NCBI GenBank assembly: GCA_903825355.1
Contig: CAIKAH010000001.1
Span: forward strand, 2,540 to 66,539
Reading direction: 5' to 3'
Length of the DNA: 64,000 bases
DNA from: an uncultured bacterium
GTDB lineage: Bacteria; Babelota; Babeliae; Babelales; RVW-14
A model generated the notes under the pieces. The model was not told the DNA's origin and did not search any database. It saw only the letters and a program-made list of their open reading frames with translations. Shown here piece by piece: positions 18,379-25,861 of the stretch. A program made the position numbers and the translations under genes. Positions within the stretch are counted from its first letter, which is position 1. Each line of letters starts with the position of its first letter.

Positions 18379-19833
18379 TTACTTTGCTACTTGCGTTACC
18401 GCTTTAATAATATTAGAAGTTGAATGACCCGGTAAAAAATCAATAATATGAACTTCTCCACCATATGATTTTAATAAGTCATAGCCAACAATTTTTTCTT
18501 TTTCATAGTCACCGCCTTTTACTAATACATCAGGCCTAATGTATTCAAGAAGCGCCCCAGGAGTGTCTTCATCAAATGCCACAACAAAGTCTACCATCCC
18601 TAAGGCAGCCAGCATGGTAGAACGAAAAGTAATATCATTTACTGGACGCGAAGGCCCTTTTAGGCGGCGGATAGAATTGTCTCCATTCAATCCAACTACT
18701 AAAATATCACCTAACCGTTTTGCTTCTTTAAGCACATGCATATGCCCGGGATGCATAATATCAAAACAACCGTTGGTAAATACTACTCGTTTTCCTTCAG
18801 CACGCATCCAATCAAGTTCAATTTTTAGCAGCGCCCAGTCAAAAAATATTTTCTCTTCCATCTCGTCTGCTTTATTAATGAGCTCTTCTAAACTAACGGC
18901 ATACGTTTTAATATGTGAAACAGCTAAAGAAGCCGCGTTATTTGCCAACTGCAAGCAATCTTCTATTGGAAGTAAATGAGCAAAACCAAGCGCTAAAAAA
19001 GATACTACGGTGTCGCCAGCACCAGTGAGATCATATACTTCACGCTTGTAGGCAGGCGAAGTAATATATGCGTCTGGCGAAATATATACCATCCCCTTTT
19101 CACCTAGCGTAACAATAACCGCCTGCACATGCAGCAAGCTGCACAACAGCAAACCATTTTCTTGCATTGAATTATCTACAGGCAAATTAAAATAAGCAAC
19201 CAGCTGCTGGTATTCGCGTAGATTTGGCTTAACAATATCAACCCCATAATATTTTTCAAAATCAGGGCCTTTAGGGTCAACTAAGATACGACAGTGATAA
19301 AGCGCTGCTTGCTCACGAATGAAAGACATTATTTCAGGGGTTACCATGCCTTTGGCATAGTCAGAAACCAATATAATAGCCCCTGGCTTAAGCAGCGCAC
19401 TAATACGCTCTTTAACCACTACACATTCTTGTGCACTGAGTGGGGTTGTCGTCTCCGTATCAAGACGAAATACTTGATGGTTTTTTGCTAAAAACCGACG
19501 TTTGCAAGTTGTTTGACGATCGCCTGAAAAAACAATGCCATCAAGAACAATCTTATTTACTCGGAGCTGATCCAAAAATCTTTGTCCCTCTTGATCTTTA
19601 TCATTAATAATACCAATCAATGACACATCCAGCCCAATATGCTTACAATTAGCAGCAACATTTGCAGCGCCTCCAAGACTCCACTCCTTACCCTCCTCAA
19701 GTAAAATAGGGACCGGTGCTTCGGGCGAAATACGATTAACGTTACCAAAAAAGTATTCATCAATCATAACATCGCCTATAACAAGCACCTGCTTGGGGCT
19801 GTTTTGTTTTAATCGATTAATTAACTGTTTCAT
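18379..19833 (-). CDS. hldE: Bifunctional D-beta-D-heptose 7-phosphate kinase / D-beta-D-heptose 1-phosphate adenylyltransferase (HldE)
   Basis: N-terminal PfkB/ribokinase domain (VLVIGDVMIDEY, DLTGAGDTVVS) and C-terminal cytidylyltransferase domain (VVFTNGCFDIMHPGHMHVLKEAK). The track ORF extends to 19872; I prefer the ATG at 19833 (MKQLINRLK). Confidence 0.9.
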   Translation of the reverse strand: MKQLINRLKQNSPKQVLVIGDVMIDEYFFGNVNRISPEAPVPILLEEGKEWSLGGAANVAANCKHIGLDVSLIGIINDKDQEGQRFLDQLRVNKIVLDGIVFSGDRQTTCKRRFLAKNHQVFRLDTETTTPLSAQECVVVKERISALLKPGAIILVSDYAKGMVTPEIMSFIREQAALYHCRILVDPKGPDFEKYYGVDIVKPNLREYQQLVAYFNLPVDNSMQENGLLLCSLLHVQAVIVTLGEKGMVYISPDAYITSPAYKREVYDLTGAGDTVVSFLALGFAHLLPIEDCLQLANNAASLAVSHIKTYAVSLEELINKADEMEEKIFFDWALLKIELDWMRAEGKRVVFTNGCFDIMHPGHMHVLKEAKRLGDILVVGLNGDNSIRRLKGPSRPVNDITFRSTMLAALGMVDFVVAFDEDTPGALLEYIRPDVLVKGGDYEKEKIVGYDLLKSYGGEVHIIDFLPGHSTSNIIKAVTQVAK

Positions 19834-19964
19834 GATTAAGCTTGCTTTCATTAAACTATTGCTGCACCACAAGAATTTACGTAAGGTGGTACGGGCGAAT
19901 TATGCATCGAGAAAAAGCAGAATTTAACATACTGCATTTTGCAATTTTAGCAAAAGGAGAATAA

Positions 19965-20594
19965 GTGATAAAGCTGCATTTTACGTATAACATTGCAGAC
20001 CTTGCTCAAGCGATTAAAATTGCTGAGCAAACAGCTGAATACGCAGATATCATTGGGGTTGGATCATTGCTCTTATTTAAAGAAGGAGTAGGAGCTATAA
20101 AAGCATTTAAAAATGCTTTTCCGAACAAAGAAATTTTTGCTGAAACAAAATTAGTAGAAAAAACAGAAGAAGCTATCACCCTCATGGCGCAAGCAGGTGC
20201 ATCATATGTATCTGTATTGGCAGGGACGTTTAATACGAGTATTAAAAAAGCTATAGCCACTGCCCACCGGTTTGATATCAAAATTGCTCTTGATTTACTT
20301 GATGCTCAATCAGTTGGACAAGCAGCTATGGACGCAAAAACACTGGGTGCAGATATGCTTATTTTGCACCATGCCCCTCATATGGAAGAAGAAAGTGATA
20401 TTGATTCTGTTTGGCATAATGTTCGCGACAACACCAGCCTCCCTATTTTTATAACTGGTAAAGTTGATAGCTCTAATTTTGCACAAGTTGTCTCCCTTAA
20501 ACCACAAGGCATTATGCTCGGAGCCCCAATTGTGCGAGCAGAAAGCCCATCCCGTGCAGCAGAATCATTTCGTACATTAATCCCAAATAAATAG
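19965..20594 (+). CDS. OMP-decarboxylase-fold protein of the 3-hexulose-6-phosphate synthase / KGPDC family (divergent)
   Basis: The 209-aa product is colinear with HPS-type TIM barrels (ADIIGVGSLLL, IFAETKL, SVLAG, KIALDLL, MLILHH, GKVDSSNF, GAPI). Several positions that are acidic in HPS look substituted. Confidence 0.6.
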   Translation: MIKLHFTYNIADLAQAIKIAEQTAEYADIIGVGSLLLFKEGVGAIKAFKNAFPNKEIFAETKLVEKTEEAITLMAQAGASYVSVLAGTFNTSIKKAIATAHRFDIKIALDLLDAQSVGQAAMDAKTLGADMLILHHAPHMEEESDIDSVWHNVRDNTSLPIFITGKVDSSNFAQVVSLKPQGIMLGAPIVRAESPSRAAESFRTLIPNK

Positions 20595-20602
20595 AGACTT
20601 TT

Positions 20603-21232
20603 ATGAACACTTTTTCATACCTAATGCTAGTAGTCGCGCTGGCAGTTTCAAACTGTCTTGCAAACGAAACAATAACCGATACTGTATCGCCTTATGACAA
20701 AAGCAAAGCAATTTTCAATGCAAATGTCACTACTATTACAGGGATTATAAATTCGCTTAAAGATTCACTGGCAAATGCAAAAAAGCAGTATGACAAAATC
20801 GTTTACGATAAAAATACCGCAACAAATAATGTAAAAAAATATATGCAAGCAATCGCAATTTTAGAGCAGCAGCTTGCTGAAACGCAGACCAATCTTAAAA
20901 ACGCTACTACAACTGTTATGATGTGTGAATCAAAAATAGGAAATATCAATGCTACGCTGGGTCAAGCGGTAGATGGACAGTCGACCAGTATCGCCACAAG
21001 CATGACGGCTATTTTAACAGCAAGTGATCAGATGAACACCCTGGCAGCCAATTCAACAACTGCTGACAAGCACAAATTAGAGGCTGGAAATGCTAAGAAA
21101 CAAGCACAAAGCTTGCAAAACTCCTTAGAAAATCTAAAAAAAGATATTAGCTCAGCTAGAATGCAATATGCTGCCGCAGGAACACAAGCATCAGCACCGG
21201 TACTAACACAGCAAACAGCCCAACAAAATTAG
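20603..21232 (+). CDS. Secreted N/T/A/Q-rich helical protein, unknown function
   Basis: 209-aa ORF with a signal-like N-terminus (MNTFSYLMLVVALAVSNCLA) and low-complexity helical sequence. Its stop overlaps the convergent ligase stop by 4 nt. Confidence 0.7.
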   Translation: MNTFSYLMLVVALAVSNCLANETITDTVSPYDKSKAIFNANVTTITGIINSLKDSLANAKKQYDKIVYDKNTATNNVKKYMQAIAILEQQLAETQTNLKNATTTVMMCESKIGNINATLGQAVDGQSTSIATSMTAILTASDQMNTLAANSTTADKHKLEAGNAKKQAQSLQNSLENLKKDISSARMQYAAAGTQASAPVLTQQTAQQN

Positions 21233-23001
21233 TTTTTTTTGTTTTTAGTTTTTTTTTCAAACTGCAGATGATACAAGTTCTGTACCTCAGCAGACGTGGT
21301 GGCTGCTGTTGCCGATTTGTCTGGACGATAACCCATGAACCGTGGAAAGCGTAACGCGTAACCAAGTTTTTCAGTAGTTGCATGCGCTGTATGCGAAGGA
21401 GAAAGCGTAATTTCATCTGCTCGGATCATACAAACAATCTGTGGATCAACCCAAACATCAGGAAACAACTCTTTGTTACAGACCACATTGTGTGGCAAGC
21501 GTGACATTTTTAGCCCATCACAGGCTTTTTTTACTTCCCGCCATTCAGCATCAGTAAAACCAGTACCAATTTTTGCTACTGTTTCAAACATATCTTTTTT
21601 AGGATTGTAAACACCAACAAGCAAAGCGCCTATGCCAAATTGTGCTCGCTTGCCCTGACCTGCGTAATAACCTAAAATAACACAATCTAGCGTATCATCT
21701 AACGAGCCAGTCTCTTCGCGTTTCAGCTTAATCCAGTTAAAGTTACGCTTGCCTGGTTGATATAAAGCATCAGGGCGTTTAACAACTAAGCCTTCTAGTC
21801 CGAGAGTTACCGTCTCTTCAAAATAGTTAAAAAGCTCTTCTCCGTCCTGCATAACACGCTCATCAATTACTTTAATAATTTCATGTTGCTGCACAGCCTT
21901 AGTAGCACATATCTTTAACATAATGTCTCGACGCTCTTCATGCGTTTTGCTGAGCAAGGATGTTCCATTTAGAAAAAGTATATCAAACAGGTACAACTTA
22001 AGCGGAAATACTTCAGCTACTTGATCAATATTATGTTTACGCTTACGTTTTACAGTCTCTTGGAATGGCAAAAAATCACCAGTTTGTGGATTAATGCAAA
22101 TTGCTTCACCCTCAACAATTAATTGCTCCACATCAAGCTCATATAGCGATGCAACAAGATCAGGAAACATAGCTGACATGTCTAGTAAATTGCGTGAAAA
22201 AAACCGTACAACCTTATGTTTTGCACTGTTATCAAGATGCACTTGCAATCGAAAACCATCAAGCTTAGGTTGCGCAACACAAGTACCCAATTTTTTTATA
22301 ATCGCTGCGGCATCAGCAAGACGTTCTGCAGCTGAAGGACGAATGGGAATGCCAGGCTTAATTGCCATAGCATGAATACCAGCAATACCAGCCGATTTAA
22401 GTGTTGCAATAATCAAGCCAATATCAGCACAAATATTATATGCTTGCTCTAAATCGCCACGCAATGATTTGTTACCAACCGACATCCAGGAAAATGCATC
22501 CAGCAAGGTCATATCAGAAAAACCAAGTCGCAAATTACCTTCTATAATCCGTAGAACATATTTTGCTGAAATCGGATCCAGCGCTCCTAACAATTTTAAT
22601 ACTGCTTGCTCACGATTTTCTTGTGAACCAATACCGCTCATTTCAAGTAATTTTTGCAGACTTCGCTCAATATCGATTACAGAAAGAACAGAGGTCTCTA
22701 CACCCCACGTATACTGCGCCACCACAGAACCCAAGTCCCCAACTTTTTTCAATTCATGCTTAGCAGCGTCAACTGAAGTACCAAGCAATTGAGCAACAAC
22801 ATGTATCAAGCTTTTTTCAGCTAAATTAAATTGTGCGCCCAGATAAGGGGGCTTGAGCGAGCCGAGCGAAACATAAGCAATAACGCTAGCCTCAACAGCC
22901 GTTGCCTGCCCAAACAATTCAGCAAGCACAACTGTAATAGCAGTACGTGCACTCTCTTCTTCTATCTGGTCAAATATACGAGCAACATGAGAAAATTTCA
23001 T
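21229..23001 (-). CDS. ATP-dependent DNA ligase (Lig1/archaeal-type with N-terminal DNA-binding domain)
   Basis: Motif I is KLDGFR (QPKLDGFRLQVH), with EGEAI (III), EGLVVK (IV) and WIKLK (V). There is a roughly 240-aa N-terminal DBD-like region and an OB-fold C-terminus. The start overlaps the plsY stop (ATGA). Confidence 0.85.
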   Translation of the reverse strand: MKFSHVARIFDQIEEESARTAITVVLAELFGQATAVEASVIAYVSLGSLKPPYLGAQFNLAEKSLIHVVAQLLGTSVDAAKHELKKVGDLGSVVAQYTWGVETSVLSVIDIERSLQKLLEMSGIGSQENREQAVLKLLGALDPISAKYVLRIIEGNLRLGFSDMTLLDAFSWMSVGNKSLRGDLEQAYNICADIGLIIATLKSAGIAGIHAMAIKPGIPIRPSAAERLADAAAIIKKLGTCVAQPKLDGFRLQVHLDNSAKHKVVRFFSRNLLDMSAMFPDLVASLYELDVEQLIVEGEAICINPQTGDFLPFQETVKRKRKHNIDQVAEVFPLKLYLFDILFLNGTSLLSKTHEERRDIMLKICATKAVQQHEIIKVIDERVMQDGEELFNYFEETVTLGLEGLVVKRPDALYQPGKRNFNWIKLKREETGSLDDTLDCVILGYYAGQGKRAQFGIGALLVGVYNPKKDMFETVAKIGTGFTDAEWREVKKACDGLKMSRLPHNVVCNKELFPDVWVDPQIVCMIRADEITLSPSHTAHATTEKLGYALRFPRFMGYRPDKSATAATTSAEVQNLYHLQFEKKTKNKKN

Positions 23002-23594
23002 GAATCATTCTTTTTTAAGAAAGCACTAATATTACTACGATGGCGAAGCACAAACCAGCCTGCAATTGCACCAATAAGTAAAGCGTGATCATTTGCACCT
23101 GCAATTACTAGAAAATTTATCACAACCACTATCGATGCTAACGATGCTATAAATGGCTGCTTACTTAAGAGCAACAAACCAGCCCAGGTTACCAGAAAAA
23201 GACCTACCGCTGCTCCTGGCAATGTAAAAAACATTATACCAAGCGCCGTAGCGACACCCTTACCTCCTCTGAAATTAAGAAAAATGGAATAAGCATTCCC
23301 TACCAGCAGACTAGTAATACCTACATAAAGAATCCAAGCTGATAGGTTACCGGTAGCAGTAATCAACCACTGTGTACACGCAAGCACACCATACGCTTTT
23401 AATGCATCAATAAACGTAATAAAAATAAAATATTTTTTGCCTATCACGCGCGCAACATTCGAAGCGCCAATATTGCCTGAGCCATATTGCGTAATATCAA
23501 TACCAAAAAAAAGTTTACAAAAAAAGTACCCTGTGGGAATTGCACCAACCAGATATCCCATTACACAGACAAGGATAATGACTAGGGCTTCCAA
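22998..23594 (-). CDS. plsY: Glycerol-3-phosphate acyltransferase PlsY
   Basis: 198-aa polytopic protein with the GSGNIGASNVARVIGKKY and FRGGKGVATALG family motifs. TTG start. Confidence 0.9.
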   Translation of the reverse strand: MEALVIILVCVMGYLVGAIPTGYFFCKLFFGIDITQYGSGNIGASNVARVIGKKYFIFITFIDALKAYGVLACTQWLITATGNLSAWILYVGITSLLVGNAYSIFLNFRGGKGVATALGIMFFTLPGAAVGLFLVTWAGLLLLSKQPFIASLASIVVVINFLVIAGANDHALLIGAIAGWFVLRHRSNISAFLKKNDS

Positions 23595-23669
23595 CAGGGT
23601 ACCTTATATTTAATAACGACTTGCCATTTGCATTATCTAACACATCTCTGTAGATGATAGATATTAGAA

Positions 23670-23746
23670 TGGTAGCGACGCTGAGATTCGAACTCAGGAC
23701 CTACGGATTATGATTCCGTCGCTCTAACCAACTGAGCTACGTCGCC
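23670..23746 (-). tRNA. tRNA with CAT anticodon (elongator Met or Ile2/lysidine type), CCA encoded
   Basis: The reverse complement folds as GGCGACG-TA-GCTC-AGTTGGTTA-GAGC-G-ACGGA-ATCATAA-TCCGT-AGGTC-CTGAG-TTCGAAT-CTCAG-CGTCGCT-A-CCA. It lacks initiator features: position 1:72 is paired and there is no GGG/CCC anticodon stem. Confidence 0.85.
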
Positions 23747-23760
23747 GTTACCAGATGTTT

Positions 23761-25404
23761 CTAAATTTTGAACTGTTTAATGCTCGTACAATCAAAACAG
23801 AATTTGTACAATGATTTAAGAAACAGCACACCTGACAAAAGTGTTGCAACAATACCAGCCATTAGTGTTACCGCAAATCCTTTGATCGCTGGACCACCAT
23901 ACCAGAACAGCACAATACCGGTCAGGAACGTTGTAATATTTGAGTCTAAGATCACAGGCATCGCATCAGAGAATCCATCAAGCATCGCTTTTTTAAAAGG
24001 GACACCAATTTTCAGCTCGTCTTTGACGCGTTCATAAATCAATATTGAAGCGTCAATTGCCATACCGATGGTCAGTACAATACCCGCAATACCAGGTAAT
24101 GTCAAGGTCGCTTTGAAGTAAGACAAAAATAATAACGTCAAAAAGATGTTTACTAACAATGTAATAATTGCAAAGAGCCCTGGGATTTTATAGTAAATCA
24201 AGCTAAAAAAGAATAAAAGCGCAAGAGCAACCATACAAGCCAAAACACCTTTGTAAATCGAATCTTGCCCCAGCGATGCACCAACACGGTTTTCTTGCTC
24301 CATTTTCAATGGCGCCTGCAGTGACCCTGATTTGAGAATAATAGAAAGGTCCAGTGCTTCTTGTACGCTTGCAATGTGATTGATAACACCAGAACCACCC
24401 GTAATAGCTGTCTGAATTTGTGGATAGGTGTACATAACATCGTCGATGATAATACCCAAATTACGCTTGATATTATTTGAAGTCAGCTCGCCAAATTCAC
24501 GACCGCCCTCACTATCAAGTTTAAAGCTTACCATTGGCTTATTGTACTCATCATGGTCTACCTTAGCAGCAATTAAATGGTCGCCGGTTAAATCAGGATA
24601 AGCTGAAACCAAGAAAAATTGACCATGGCCTTCTTCGTCCGTACCTTTTCTACCAGGCACAATCATCTTATCTGAAGGCAATTCCCCGTCATATTTATCT
24701 AATAAGGCTTCGCGAGAACCAGCCATATCTTCAATAATTTTAAACTCAAGCAACGCTGTTTTAGTAATTACCGATTTAACGTGCTCAGGATCGTCAATAC
24801 CTGGCAGCTGAATGACAATCTGATGGTCACCATGCTGCTGTACGATAATACCTTCAACGCCATACCCACCTAAACGATTGGTAAGTACGTTTACGCCTTG
24901 CTCTACAACACCAAGGCGCGTGGCTTGCTCCACTTCTGGTGCAAACGTTGCACGTAATACACCATCACTAAGCTTTAAGCGTAATGAATTTGTTTTGGAT
25001 TCAGTAAGCGCAGCATAGGCAGCTTTACCCTCAGCCTCAGAAGCAAAGGTCATATTTAGACCAGTATCAACTACTTCTTTTTTAACAGGCAAAGCAAGAT
25101 TTTTTGCTCTAAGGATATTTTCAATCCCACGGCCTTCGCCTAGTAATTTGATTTCGAGCGCTTTTTCAATTTCTACGGTGTATACCAGATACGTACCGCC
25201 TTCAAGATCAATACCTTTTTTAATATGGCTAAATTTCAATGCATTGTAATAGTGGCGAGCTGTTCCCATCAAACCTGGCTGACGCGCTTGCTTAAGGGCT
25301 TTTTGATCTAGCGAAAGCATAAAATAGCAACCAGCAACGATAACGCCTACCCACAACATAAGTGGTGAAACCAGTGCTCTGCTTAATTTAGATTGTGTTT
25401 GCAT
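23761..25404 (-). CDS. secD: Protein translocase subunit SecD
   Basis: N-terminal TM segment, large periplasmic domain (GIDLEGGTYLVY...), and a C-terminal six-TM bundle with GIAGIVLTIGMAIDASILIYERVKDE. I prefer the ATG at 25404, preceded by GAAGGAGAG; the track ORF runs to 25473. No adjacent secF. Confidence 0.85.
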   Translation of the reverse strand: MQTQSKLSRALVSPLMLWVGVIVAGCYFMLSLDQKALKQARQPGLMGTARHYYNALKFSHIKKGIDLEGGTYLVYTVEIEKALEIKLLGEGRGIENILRAKNLALPVKKEVVDTGLNMTFASEAEGKAAYAALTESKTNSLRLKLSDGVLRATFAPEVEQATRLGVVEQGVNVLTNRLGGYGVEGIIVQQHGDHQIVIQLPGIDDPEHVKSVITKTALLEFKIIEDMAGSREALLDKYDGELPSDKMIVPGRKGTDEEGHGQFFLVSAYPDLTGDHLIAAKVDHDEYNKPMVSFKLDSEGGREFGELTSNNIKRNLGIIIDDVMYTYPQIQTAITGGSGVINHIASVQEALDLSIILKSGSLQAPLKMEQENRVGASLGQDSIYKGVLACMVALALLFFFSLIYYKIPGLFAIITLLVNIFLTLLFLSYFKATLTLPGIAGIVLTIGMAIDASILIYERVKDELKIGVPFKKAMLDGFSDAMPVILDSNITTFLTGIVLFWYGGPAIKGFAVTLMAGIVATLLSGVLFLKSLYKFCFDCTSIKQFKI

Positions 25405-25548
25405 ACTGAACTCTCCTTCAGACTCCAACAATTTCGATTCTTTTTTAGATTCTCTGCTTAGACAAGTCATCATATTGTAGCCGCCAGAGCCACGACCAAT
25501 GGCCTGCCATTTGTAGCTACAAACCCTTCAAGGTAAAGGGTATAAGAA

Positions 25549-25635
25549 TGGTGCCGAGGAAAAGACTCGAACTTTCATGGGTTTTACCCCGCTGCCCCCT
25601 TAAAGCAGTGCGTCTACCAATTTCGCCACCTCGGC
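25549..25635 (-). tRNA. tRNA-Leu (type II, long variable arm); the canonical 7-nt loop gives anticodon AAG
   Basis: The reverse complement is GCCGAGG-TG-GCG-AAATTGGTAGA-CGC-A-CTGCT-TTAAGGG-GGCAG-(CGGGGTAAAACCCAT)-GAAAG-TTCGAGT-CTTTT-CCTCGGC-A-CCA. It is a Leu tRNA under either reading; the only alternative is a 9-nt loop that would contain TAA. Confidence 0.8.
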
Positions 25636-25861
25636 ACATCATGTACATGTCAATACGAGTAAAAGACGCACAAAATGTACCACAAACGTTTTACCTTAGC
25701 AACCACTTTTTGCGCTTTTTTTCATTATTTTAATAAAAAACAACCTTATATCGTGCATTTTTCAGCTATTTAGCCATTTTTTAATGCGTATAAAACATGC
25801 TATGCTTTTAAGTAATTACAATTACGATATTTAATTGCGCATATTTTGGAAGAGATAAAAG

